Source: the human T2T-CHM13v2.0 reference genome, Homo sapiens. Taken from it: DNA of 64,000 bases. Within the stretch, counting starts at the first letter, position 1; every line of letters starts with the position of its first letter. Of this stretch, positions 1-22,270 are shown one piece after another. Position numbers and translations under genes: made by a program. The DNA is taken from NCBI RefSeq assembly GCF_009914755.1, contig NC_060941.1; one strand, written 5' to 3'. Below the pieces are notes generated by a model, which was not told the DNA's origin, ran no database searches, and saw only the letters and a program-made list of their open reading frames with translations.

Positions 1-229
1 GTTCAAAACAGTTTTTTATATATTAAAATCTGTAGCCATCCAGTCCTTTCTATCTTAGAAAGTTATATTCAGTAAATAATTAGAAAATACATATGAATGA
101 ACTTTGAAAAAATTTAAGCTACAGACATCTAACCTATTAAAATATCTCTTTAAAAAACACAGAGATAAAACAGTAAACACAAAGTAGTTTCAGAAACGTT
201 CACAGTTGTAATGGAATAATCATGGCATA

Positions 230-350
230 TAAAATTAAAACCTGAGTTAAAACCTTAGTTATACCATACTTGCTATATGACTCTGTGTAAGTCACTGAGG
301 CTCTCTAAACTGTTTCCTCGTCTGTAAAATAGAAATGACATAATACCTGT
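230..350 (+). repeat. MIR SINE fragment
   Basis: MIR core-like taagtcact...tgtttcctcgtctgtaaaatag. Confidence 0.6.
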
Positions 351-825
351 AAATGAAATAAGACTTGCCAAAACATTCTGTATCTAGTTCCATAAATATA
401 AGTCACTATTCTGGATTTATCATCATAAAGTCTCCAAGTGAGATGCCACTTTGAGATTAGACATTAATAGATTATAAGTGGTTACTAAAATGACTGCACA
501 TCATAATTACTAAGGGTTATGCAAATACAGAAGGTACTTGATCTTACAGTGAAGCCCAGGAATCCACCAGAGAACTTCCCCCTCTTAAATATGACTGTAT
601 AAACAAGGATCATCAGACACTTAAAGAAAGCTTTTACTTTGAAAAAGATTAAAATATACAAACAGAAAAAAAGGAACTCCAAACAGAAAATGTAGGGATA
701 AGGAGAAAAAAAATTTTCGAACTATTAATATCCTAAAAGAATAAAGTATTTTATACATGAAACAAGAACAAGAGGCATTTAAGAATATTCAGATAACAAA
801 GAGCTCTTAGAATTAAGAAGAACAG

Positions 826-1130
826 GGCCTGACACAGTGGCTCACACCTGTGAAATCCCAGCACTTTGGGAGGCTGAGGCAGAAGGTTCGCTTGAGCCCA
901 GGAGTTCAAGACTAGCCTGGGCAGCATAGTGAGACACCATCTCTACAAAAACTAAAAAAAATTAGGCAGGCACGGGGGTATGCACCTGTAGTCCAGCTAT
1001 TTGGGAGGCTGAGGCAGAAGGATCGTTTGAGCCCATGAGTTGAGGTTACAGTGAACTATGATTGTGCCACTGCAGTCCAGCCTGGGTGACAAAGCAAGAC
1101 CCTGTATCTAAAAAGTAAAAATAAAAAATA
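826..1130 (+). repeat. Alu (J-like)
   Basis: Alu dimer with A tail. Confidence 0.9.
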
Positions 1131-1404
1131 ATTTTTTAAAAAATGAACTAGAATTCCACACTTAGGCTAAATATCAGTCACATATGAGAATAATTCAGCA
1201 TCTCAAAAAAGTTAAGTTTACCACACTCTCTTTCTCAGGAAGCGAGATGAGTGTGTGTTCCATTCACTAAAACGAGGATATAAACCAAGAAAGAGAAAAA
1301 TATGGAATCCAACAAAGAAGAGTGACAATAGCAATTTGTCCCAGATGGGAACATGAAGACAGAAAGCTCTGAAAGGAATGTCTCCAAGAAAAAAAAAATA
1401 GTGT

Positions 1405-1684
1405 TTCTTTTGTTTTTTTTTGAGACAGGGTTTCAGTGGCACGATCTCACCTCACTGAAGCCTCCATCTCCTGGGCTCAAGCGATCGTCCTGCCTCAGCC
1501 CACCAAGTAGCTGGGAATACAGGCATGCATGCACCACCATGCCCTGCTAATTTTTGTATTTTTTGTAGAGACGGGGTTTCACCATGTTGCCCAAGCTGGT
1601 CTTGAACTCCTGAGCTCAGGTGATCCGTCCACCTCGGCCTCCCAAAGTGCTAAGATTACAGGTGTGGGCCAGTGCACCCAGCCA
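1405..1684 (-). repeat. Alu
   Basis: Antisense Alu dimer. Confidence 0.9.
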
Positions 1685-2349
1685 AAAAAATGTTAATGAT
1701 ACATTATCTGATGTGTTATGATTAAGTGTGAAGTAAATTTCCCCTCAATAATGAAGCTTGGGGATGAATTAGTTATTGGTTATTGATACCAATTTAAAAA
1801 ACTGAGCAAATAGAAAAAAGGTATTAACTAACCCAACATATATGTTGAGTAAGGGGGAGGGCACTTGCATAAGAATGAAATTGTAATTAAAGGATTATCA
1901 CATAGCTCAATTATGAAACCACTTCTGTAGTCATAATAATATGCATTTGAAATATTGCTTTAACAAAAATTTTAATATACCTGTGTTGTGAGAAACAGGA
2001 AAAGGGGCAATGTGTATTAGAAGAAGTGGGACTCACAGGAGTGGAAGCAAGTAAGAGAGCTAACTAACCTTCACCTTGTAGAGTAGAAAGTCAACAGATA
2101 ATTTCTAAACTGGAAAATCAGGAAATTACAGTCATTATAAGAGATATATGGGGAGGATATAAATACCAGAATAAAAAGATAAAAGAGATGAAAATAGTAG
2201 TCTCTGGGGAGCTAAAGTCTAAAATACAAAGGTGTGAGGCAGACCTTATATACTACTTAACTTGTATACTATTTATAGCCCAGTATTCTGTTTTCTAGAC
2301 CTGTCCAGGTGTTAAGGATCCAATCTATGAACCAGCAGAGACCCAATGA

Positions 2350-2527
2350 CTAAAGACAAACTTTGCTGCACACTGAAATCACCTGGGGAATCTTTTAAAA
2401 AGTACTGACGCCTGACTCCCACCCACAAACAGTCTGATTTAATTGGCATGGGTTCCAACCTGGGGATCAGTAGTGGTAAAAACTCTCCAGGTGATTTTAA
2501 TGTGCAGCAAAACTTGGAACAACTGCA
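2350..2527. mobile_element. MER5A-family hAT-Charlie MITE
   Basis: Internal inverted repeat ctttgctgcacactgaaatcacctgg / ccaggtgattttaatgtgcagcaaaa. Confidence 0.75.
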
Positions 2528-2827
2528 AAGATCCAAGATATAACAGTGATCTAAATCATAATTAGCCACAAATAACTATACATGATAACCCAATTTTCAA
2601 GAACTTCCTAAAGTTAGAAATACTGTAAGGTTTCTATTTCAATAAAGTTTGCTTTACTTAAAGATATAACAACTATTTAGTAGTCTTAAGAAAGGAGATA
2701 TATTGTCATATAGTCAACAAATACTGCTATGAGTGGTGAAAAATTTTTTAAACAATTAAATTTAGGTTATTGTATATTATCCCTGCTATATAATTATCTA
2801 TTACATGTAACAATACACTGAATTTAC

Positions 2828-3029
2828 CTTCTAGGCATCACAGTATTAAGAACCATCCATAGTTTATTGACTGTTTGCAGAATTCTCCGTGGAACCCCTG
2901 AATTCAATAGCTGGCTCATATTGGATGTTAACACTTCCGCATATGGTATAAGTTCACTGGCAGAGAGTAGAGTCAAGTGTTCTATAATCTGCATCACTTG
3001 TGTGTGATTTACTGGGACAGCTGAAAATG
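2828..3029 (-). CDS. INTS2: INTS2 exon 18 (AFSAVPVNHT...LNTVMPRR), 202 nt
   Basis: ctttttag|CA TTT TCA; AGA AG|gtaaat. Confidence 0.96.
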
Positions 3030-3175
3030 CTAAAAAGAAAATTTAGCAATCATAACCTAAATTCTGTACAGTTTATCAAGCAGGAAGTAGTAGTGTTCTC
3101 TCAGACTATAGACCAAACAAATCAAGAAAACAATGTGGCTAAAAAGTAACTATAGTTACTTGCTATTGTTTCCTA

Positions 3176-3897
<722 letters not shown>

Positions 3898-3954
3898 CAC
3901 TTTACTGACCCGAAGACTAATCTTATTTTCTTGGTGATTCAGACTGATCTTATT

Positions 3955-4012
3955 TTTTAATTTATTTTTTTTCATTTTAGAGATGGGAGTCTTGCTATGT
4001 TGCCCAGGCTGG

Positions 4013-4043
<31 letters not shown>

Positions 4044-4161
4044 CCCTCTTGCCTTTACCAATCAAGAGCCCAGGATGGTTTTGAATTCCCGGCCTCAAGT
4101 GATCCTCCTGCTTTGGCCTTCCAAGGTGCTGAGATAACAGGCGTGAGTCACTGTCCAGCCC
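3955..4161 (-). repeat. Alu monomer (FLAM-like) carrying a small insertion
   Basis: Antisense left monomer split at 4017-4067. Confidence 0.8.
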
Positions 4162-4324
4162 AGACTGATTTTAAAAACAGGACTGAAAGAGGAAAATATG
4201 CTGAAGTATTGCTTTTGATAGCTAACATTTATTTGAAAGGCTCAAACTTGAAACTTTCCTCCAGGTGGTCCCCTTATAGGATGTAAGCACCCAGAAGATT
4301 GCTGTTACTAAAAAATATCTAGAA

Positions 4325-5288
<964 letters not shown>

Positions 5289-5413
5289 TACACTGCACTT
5301 ATTTCTAACCAGTTTAGAACCTTTCTAAAACCACACCACCTTTTTAGTGATATAATATAGGACCTATGAGAGAAAAGATACAAGCACATCAGAAAGAAAT
5401 GGTAAAAATTCCT

Positions 5414-5796
<383 letters not shown>

Positions 5797-5949
5797 TTAA
5801 ACGCAAAGAGTATTTTATATACTTAAAATACATTCACCAAAACATTGTTATATCCATGGGAAAATTCTGTATGATTATAAGATTTCAATTAGCCTAGCAT
5901 CTCCTTGTACTACAAAAGGGGTTAAAGGAGTATCAATAATTTACTATAC

Positions 5950-6114
5950 CTTCTTGGAGTTGTTTGGGAGAATGATTTTTAGCATTATTAGTCAGGAGCA
6001 TTCGCCGTAGCAGGGCATCAGTCCCTGTGATTTCTTCTTCACAAATCCAGTCATCCACAATACATAAATGTGGGTAGTTAGTAGCAAGGAGACGTAGTAA
6101 AGCTGAATGCAACC
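5950..6114 (-). CDS. INTS2: INTS2 exon 17 (GLHSALLRLL...SPKQLQE), 165 nt
   Basis: ttttcaag|GG TTG CAT; GAA G|gtatag. Confidence 0.96.
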
Positions 6115-6231
6115 CTTGAAAATTTACAGAAAATCAATTGGATTCTTCATGCTCAAACACCAGAAGCTTCCCCACCCCTCTCATTTTTATCAAGCCATCA
6201 GCCCACAAGGAAAGAGGGTTATGCTCTAAGT

Positions 6232-6707
<476 letters not shown>

Positions 6708-7355
6708 ACAGTCATTTGATCAAGGGAAACTGCTTAAATGAAGATCCTGAAGTAATGTGATAAACAGTGAGGTGGGAACTACTACTTATAAAGAAAGCTT
6801 TCAACTTTCTTCCACCCCACCCAACATAACAGTCTCCTAAAGTTGTTTGACATAGCAATGGTTCAAGAGTTCAGGGTAGAGGAAAGAAAAGGAGGAGAAA
6901 AGAATGTCCATTTGGGGACTATCATATATGGTTTGGAAAAGGTCCTATTCAGAAATACTGATAGGCTTCTGTAGAGAACATGCCCTTTCCTCCAACCCTG
7001 TTGAGAATCATCACTATAGATATGGTAAAATTAAAGTTGCCCACTTTGAATACCTGAAAGGTCTCAGGTACTTTATGTACGTTTTCTCATCTCTCCCTAA
7101 CATTCATACAAAGTAAGCAATGCCTCCATTCTACTGTAAGGAACAAACAATGCTGAAAGACATTTATTAACATTAACAACCCTAAAGTCACACAGTCACA
7201 TATGTCAGCCAAGAGAAGCAGTACTGATGATACCCACAATGGGGGGCATTTTTTCTTGGTTCAAGAAGTATTAAAGAAGACCAAAAGAAATGGGAAAACT
7301 TGTTACCAAATCAAAGCCTTATTTATAACATTTTACCTATACCACAGTTTGACTA

Positions 7356-7707
<352 letters not shown>

Positions 7708-8173
7708 TTAATGAATTAACGAAGTACTACTATGCTAAGTGCTTCACACATAAGTACCTAATAAATATTGTTGCTACCATACTATTATCATCATAACAGT
7801 AAGACTACGCAGTAGTAGTAGGAATCAAAGTACTTTAGATCTAATTATCCTTTTATTATGCAAATCAAATGATACCACTGCTTTATCCCAGTAGAAACAA
7901 TACGCAATTCCGTTCTCATAGAAACAGCTTAAAATTGATGTTTCTGTGTTTGAAAAGACATCGTAACAATCAAAAATGGCATTACTTTAACATTTAAACT
8001 TCTAAATGCATACAGGAGTATATATACAGTTAAAACTATACCCAACCATCACAAAAAAGACTGCTTACAAAAGTGTAAACTAATCAACATTTCATACTCT
8101 TTTCAATAAAGTATATCAATTGCCAAATGCTGTTAAAAATAACATTATTTTCTGGAAACAGATTATACAAAGA

Positions 8174-9478
<1,305 letters not shown>

Positions 9479-9842
9479 CTATTCAGAGTTAAAAAAATTT
9501 TTTTTTTTTTACCTCTGTTAAGTGTCTGTTAGGTTCAACCACAAGAACCTGCTGTTTCTGTAGCTCTAAATTAGCTGAATATCTGCAATTTCATACAGTT
9601 CAACCTACAGGAGAAAAAAGCCTGAAAATACATATCAACTGAAAATAGCTAGGGTTGCGTTTTAGGGGGCAGGCTGGTTTGCAATAACTGAAATAATAGA
9701 TTTAGTGAGGGAGGCAAAGAGGAATTTCACTCTTGAACTGTTTGAATTTTTAACATTAAGCACCTATTACACTTCATAACATTATAAACAGAAAGGTTTT
9801 TTAACAATAAACTTTAGCAGTAAAAAGCAAAATAAAACATAC

Positions 9843-9947
9843 CTCCCAACTCCTGCTGCAGCCCTTGAGCCTGTCGAATAAGGAATTTGATAGGAATCTG
9901 ATCCATTAAAGAAGAAGAATATGATTTGGGCTTTCTTTGCATGGCAG
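9843..9947 (-). CDS. INTS2: INTS2 exon 16 (AAMQRKPKSY...GLQQELG), 105 nt
   Basis: tttgatag|CT GCC ATG; GGA G|gtatgt. Confidence 0.96.
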
Positions 9948-10355
9948 CTATCAAAGATAAAAAGTGTAAAATAAATAAAATGTCCAGAAACAACAGAAAT
10001 CTTAACCTTCAACCCAAATGGAAACAAAAACAAAGTCAAATTACTTTTAATGCAATTAACCTGCGAATATAGCATATAAAAGATGAAGAATCATTACGAA
10101 AACAAGTGGCTACACAGGAAGAACAAGAACATACCTGGAGCAAGATCTGGAAAATGTCCTGAAATTTAAAACTAGACAGAAGAAAATTCATAACAGGTTG
10201 AGAGAAGCCATGTGCAAAAGTGCCCTACACTAAAAGAACCAACAAGTGAGTCAAGATTTTCCAAAACCTAATGACAAGATCAAATGTGATCATGAACATA
10301 TGGCCTAGAGCTTCATGATTCCAATGCATCTTATAAAAAGAAACTGTAATTTTAT

Positions 10356-11284
<929 letters not shown>

Positions 11285-11969
11285 CTTTTTAAATTAAGTC
11301 AGGCAATACGAATTTGACTTCCTTCTCTCACAACTCCTACCCTCAACCAGCCATGTCCAACCTTTTTTTCTTCTAAGTCCATTTTAATTTCTGTACTTTT
11401 GCTGCTATCCTAATTCAGTGCCTACTCACCTTTTGTTTAAATATCTTCTATGGCCCACTTTCCCTGCCTCCAATTTAATCCATCCTTCAACCTGCGGCCA
11501 TAGTCATCTTATTTAAATAGAGATTTGGCCACCTTCAGTGAATCCTCAGATCACACAGAGTAAAGGTCCTTGCCAGTCAATAGTATCTTTCTCTGTCTCA
11601 TCTCTACTGCATTCTATATGCCTGGCACCCAAAGCTCATTCCAAGGTACTTTCCTTTACACCACAGGAATATATGAGAATCTCAATCAGGGTGTTTGTAA
11701 TTTCACAAAGGATGTACAATGTGTTTATTCTCTTACAAACTACAAACAGTAAAGCTCAACCATTTTTCTTTTATTAAGGACAAGAAGTATGTAAGTGCAA
11801 GTGTTAGAATAAAGGTTGAGAATCACTGTCTATATAGACCACATATATACCATATACTCTCATTTAGATATAATCTCCCTTTTAAGTTAATAAATTAGCA
11901 TAGTTTTCCATACCAATCTTTTATGAATTAAGAAAAAATCAGAAGGCAGTTAAAACAATAGTTATAGGT

Positions 11970-12125
11970 TCCAGAAAGAGATAAATCCTGGTTCCAATAC
12001 TTATTACAATACTTAATACTAACTTAGGGAAGTTACTTAACTTCCTTGTGCCTCAGTGTTCTCCCCTGTAAAATAAACGTAACCACACCTATCTCAGAAT
12101 TGTTATGAGGGTTTACATGAGTTAA
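11970..12125 (+). repeat. MIR SINE fragment
   Basis: aagttacttaacttccttgtgcctcagtgttctcccctgtaaaat. Confidence 0.7.
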
Positions 12126-12142
12126 CTATAAGACTAAAGTAA

Positions 12143-13320
<1,178 letters not shown>

Positions 13321-13485
13321 AGATGAAATGAACTATACACATGTAGGAAGTATAAACACAGGTAAACCTTCTTTTTCAAATACAGGAAAAGATACCACTT
13401 TATAATGATATCATGCATGCTAAATCTGACCTTCTGATATTATGTGAAGTAACTAAGTTTCAAAGCCCATTTCAGTGACATTCTC

Positions 13486-13502
13486 TGTGTGCGTGTGTGT
13501 GC

Positions 13503-13532
<30 letters not shown>
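13486..13532. repeat. (TG/CG)n microsatellite
   Basis: tgtgtgcgtgtgtgtgcgtgcgtgtgtgtg... Confidence 0.9.
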
Positions 13533-13533
<1 letters not shown>

Positions 13534-13684
13534 GAGATGGGCATCTTGCTGTTTTCCAGGCTGGTGTCAAACTCTGAGCACAAGTGACCATCCCATCTCA
13601 GCCTCCCAAAGTACCAAAGTACTGAGATTACAGGGAATGAGCTACCATACCCAGCCCAATGTTAACGGCAAAACGAAACTCTTC

Positions 13685-14328
<644 letters not shown>

Positions 14329-14727
14329 TTTTCTATTGTTTTTGATTAGGTTGTTACTCTTTACACTAATGGAAGGAAGACCGGTCAAAGACTCAACTCA
14401 AATCAAGAGAAAAAAATTCAGTTACAGCTCCATCAGGTGTTAAATTTATATTTAGTGAACAAGACCTATACAATTGTTAAAATACAGGCAATTCTGTTAT
14501 CTATTAATTTAGCCTCTGATAAGGAGGACTGGGCCATAAATCGTGGTTACATACCCCAACATACATGATTTATGTATCAAGTATACAATGCCCACATTGC
14601 AAAGATTATAAAATGATACTAGAGTTTATTAAAATATTGCCCTTATCAAAGAACAGTTTGGAAAGTAACAAAATACAAGCTAATAAAATAAACTACCACT
14701 AGAACCACTCCTCTACGTACAACTTAC

Positions 14728-14836
14728 CTAAAGTCTTCGTGTTTGCTAGAAGAGCCTCTTCATAAGACAGTATATAGTAGAGCACCAAAAGCTGTGCTGT
14801 GATACTGAAACGCTGATTAAGGCGGATGTTGTCACC
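14728..14836 (-). CDS. INTS2: INTS2 exon 15 (GDNIRLNQRF...LLANTKTL), 109 nt
   Basis: acctccag|GGT GAC; TTA G|gtaagt. Confidence 0.96.
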
Positions 14837-15269
14837 CTGGAGGTAATATTACAAATACTCTGAAATACTCTGAATTTCACGAGTGCTTTTTTTTTTCTTG
14901 ATAGTAAAAGAATCAAAATAGACTATTCAGCATTGCTGCTCCTAACTCAGGTAAAACAGGAGAAATGTTGCTGTGTGTGTATTAAACTCAAAAAAACAAC
15001 ATGAAATCTGAGATGGCATGAGAGATGAAAGGCAACATGCTTAAGTGGTCTTTAAGATAAGACAAAGAAAAGACTTCAGCTACTACTCAATAGCAAACCC
15101 ATCAGGCTGCTTCTGAAAGACAGGAGTCCCAAGTATTATATGAAATTACCATGAAAAAAGTAACTCCTAAATAAGACATTGTATACTTAAATATATTTGT
15201 GAAAAATGCAACTGTTTTTCCCTTCTAACAAACTGGGGAAAAAATACTTTCATCAAATTTTCCCTGAAT

Positions 15270-16265
<996 letters not shown>

Positions 16266-16455
16266 GTGCCTGTTTAGCAAACTACTTGGAACTAATACCA
16301 TTCTTTTAATTTTTAGAGGTGATCTAAGGAAATTTAATCTAATTTTAAATTCAGAACTACCTAGAAGTCCTCTGATAGGAAAATAAAAATATGGGTTAAG
16401 TAAGAAGAACTAAAAGAAAAATAAGTTAATAGATATAAAAGAACCACTATTTTAC

Positions 16456-16632
16456 CCCAATGACTCCTTGGAAAATATTGAGTATCTCCTGTTCTGTGAC
16501 TGGCTGATTTGTGGCTTCTGGATTAGATTTCGACGCAGGAGTAAGTATAGAATTTATGTACACATCAATCAAAGGAAGTAATTGAGGATGAAGTGGAGTA
16601 GAGGTTTCACACAGCTGTCTATAAATCCAATC
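16456..16632 (-). CDS. INTS2: INTS2 exon 14 (DWIYRQLCE...NIFQGVIG), 177 nt
   Basis: tttcttag|GAT TGG; ATT GGG|gtaaaa. Confidence 0.96.
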
Positions 16633-17452
16633 CTAAGAAAGAATGTTATAGACACTGAATTAATTGTGGCAAAAAGAAAAACCAAGCAAAATTATAAAAG
16701 TACATACAGTTTTACATGAATTATGAATCAGTAAAACTCACTATTAACTTTTGGCAGTTCCAAATATATTATCTAGTATCATAACTGCCTTTGATTTTAA
16801 AATATGAACTACCATTATATCTGTATCATCTTAGGTGCACCCTCCACTAGAAGCTTGCCTTTCGGTTTAATCTATTAGTTTTTAAGTAGTGGGAAAAACA
16901 TTTTAAGTCCCTACCATATCTGTATTTAGAGCACCATGTGTGTCGTCATGGGAGAGCTCACGTTAGATAGGAATTTGGAGAGAGAGAGATAGGTCCTTCA
17001 CAGCAAACCCTCAGATAGACTAAGAAAATGTCTCTGAAAAGCACTTACAGGAGACTTATCACTTAACTATCATTGGATGGAGGACATGTAAAATGTTGGG
17101 GGTGCATGTGAACTCTTAATTCTTAGCTATTTTACTTGCTAAAAATATAAAGCAGATGATGCAATCTGGCTGGAAAATAATCTCACTAAATCACAAAAAA
17201 CAAGCAACAATTAAAAAGTGATATATCATGCATATATTATTCACTGTTCTTTGTAAATATCTGAAAAAGTTTCAGTCTACTTTACCTCCTGGGTCTTAAT
17301 ACCTTCTCTTTAGAGGGCCTTTTAACTTGTTAGATATAGCCAACTAAGACAAATCAAAACATGTCAAAATTCTAAGTTAGGTGTGAGGTGTCCTTATGAC
17401 AAATCAACAAATACTAGTCATGGCAGCTTCCCCAATTTGTAAAACAAAACCA

Positions 17453-18067
<615 letters not shown>

Positions 18068-18356
18068 TTAGAAAATGGCAGTTTCTAAGTTTTAATAAAA
18101 TAGCCATGTGCCACTATTGAGAATTTAAATGGAGTATTATGCATTTTGAAAATCTTACATTGTTTTAAAAATCTGAAATTACTGTATAATTATATAATTA
18201 TAATTACTATCCCTAATTACTATACTTATATAAATGACTAGTAACTTAGCTTAATACCACACATTTCCTACACAAAACCCACAATAAATGCCTACAAACT
18301 GAAATACAACTGGGGAGAAAGCATTAATTTAGGTTGTTCTTTGAAATATAAATGTA

Positions 18357-18660
18357 GGCCAGGCACAGTGGCTCACGCCTGTAATCCCAGCACTTTGGTC
18401 GGTTGAGACAGGCATATCACTTGAGGTCAGGAGTTCGACACCAGCCAGCCAACACGGTGAAACCCTGTCTCTACTAAAAATACAAAAATTAGCCGGGCAT
18501 GGTGGCACACACCTGTAGTCCCAGCTACCTGGGAGGTTGAGGCAGGAGAATCACTTTAACCCAGGAGGCAGAGGTTACAGTGAGCCAAGACTGCACCACT
18601 GCACTCCAACCTGGGTGACTGAGCAAGACTCCATCTCAAAAGAAAAAAAATATATATATA
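18357..18660 (+). repeat. Alu
   Basis: Alu dimer. Confidence 0.9.
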
Positions 18661-18707
18661 AAAATGTAGGGGCATGCTTTTATTTTGTTTTATTTGTAGG
18701 GGCATAC

Positions 18708-18842
18708 TTTTATTGACACTTTGTGCTTGGTAAAGGAACGGCTCCTGAGAAGCTGGTAAATACAATGAATAGGCAAAAATCCAGTAATGTTGGCACTCAG
18801 GTTGCTGGTGACAGGGACCCGAACTGCATGAGCTGTGACAAC
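18708..18842 (-). CDS. INTS2: INTS2 exon 13 (VVTAHAVRV...KHKVSIK), 135 nt
   Basis: cccttttag|GTT GTC; ATA AAA|gtatgc. Confidence 0.96.
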
Positions 18843-19512
18843 CTAAAAGGGAAAAATAGCATTAGTAATATAATAGAACTAAATATAAAATTATTTTGAA
18901 AGAGAGATTAGTAAGTAGACTGTCAACACCTAATACAAGTGTGGTCCCTAGAAATGAATGATGAAAATAAATTATTACATGTTTTAATTGTCTTTGAATG
19001 CTGAGGAAATGTACATTTAGGGATTTATATAATTCCCTAATTTTTTGTTTATAAACATAGATACATACACAGTGGTGTGATAAGGTAAAAAAATAAAATA
19101 AAATTTTGAAGCATACAATCTGGGCTCAATGACTTTGAAGAAGTCATTTATCTTCTGAATCTTTTTCACATCTACAAAACAGGACACTGCCATACCTGCC
19201 TCAAAGCATTGTTATGGGGGGAAAATATTCTTTTTGGAAAAACATCATATGAACTATAAAGCACCACATAAATATAAACAGAAATATTTATTCTCAATAT
19301 GTCATGCATAGGCTCTAATCGTCTTTTAAAGACCCTCTTCAAAGTTGTCTTCCAATTGGTTCAAATTTAAAGACAAAAAATAACTTATGATTCTCCCACA
19401 TGCTGTGTGACTACTTGTAATTCAGGAGTATATGTGCATATGCGTGTTGAGGGTGGGAGGGATAGTAAAATATAGAAATAAAGATATTAATAGCCACAAA
19501 AAAGCAACAACT

Positions 19513-19835
<323 letters not shown>

Positions 19836-20257
19836 CTAAGGCTAAAGAAGAACATGTTAAGTATAAGAAATTTAGACTCTAGCCTGTAATCTAGTTAGAA
19901 ATGAATTTTACAGCCTAAAGGTTTAAATAGGACTTCATTTTATCTTTCTCCAGACACATTAAAACAATTACCCCTTGAGATGCCCTACCAGCAACATCTA
20001 AGAGTATTCTCCTAAGTATCTACTCAAAGTCTCCAAAAATACATAAATTCAAAAGATGCCTTGGTATGTTATGACTAGTTTTAAAAGTGTATTTTAAATG
20101 GATTATTCTTTAAGAAAGTTTCAAAGATGAAATAAATCATCATGAGTTTAAAAAGAAAAAAGACCATATTATTTTCTTAAGGTAAGACACACAAGTTTTC
20201 TCCCAAAGAATATTGTAAAAGAAAGTTAAATAAGTACCTAAGAATAAAAAGAAATAC

Positions 20258-20326
20258 CTGCTCAGTAAAAATTTCCTGTGTGAAGATTGTCTTCATCCTG
20301 CTCAAGGAGCTTGGCTTAATTACAAT
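20258..20326 (-). CDS. INTS2: INTS2 exon 12 (IVIKPSSLSRMKTIFTQEIFTEQ), 69 nt
   Basis: aattttag|ATT GTA; GAG CAG|gtattt. Confidence 0.96.
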
Positions 20327-20499
20327 CTAAAATTACCAAAAGAATTCCAACAGCATGTAAAAATATATGAAACACAATTTATTCTAGGGAACTTATCTAA
20401 AATGGCTATGATACACATAAATGTTCAAATGTTCAAGTACTCTACTCTGTTTTAGAAGTGCTTTCCCAAACCCAACATTAAAGTGTTAATACTCAAAAA

Positions 20500-22270
<1,771 letters not shown>

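Larger units (their letters stand above)
600..2260 (+). mobile_element. HAL1-like element fragments, Alu-interrupted
   Basis: ctagaattcc...tttctcaggaagc...aaaccaagaaagagaaaaatatggaatccaac resembles recalled HAL1 consensus and the intron-9 copy. Confidence 0.55.

Noticed and set aside
2360-2512. Long imperfect palindrome
   Set aside because: Explained by the inherent inverted-repeat structure of a MER5 MITE.
14853-14874. 2x10-bp tandem aaatactctg just upstream of the exon 15 acceptor
   Set aside because: A simple slippage duplication; the extra AGs have poor pyrimidine tracts.
17040-17345. Possible cryptic exons in intron 13 (donors near 17049, 17286 and 17303)
   Set aside because: Acceptors are mediocre, pairing is ambiguous and lengths are non-triplet; no more than chance expectation.
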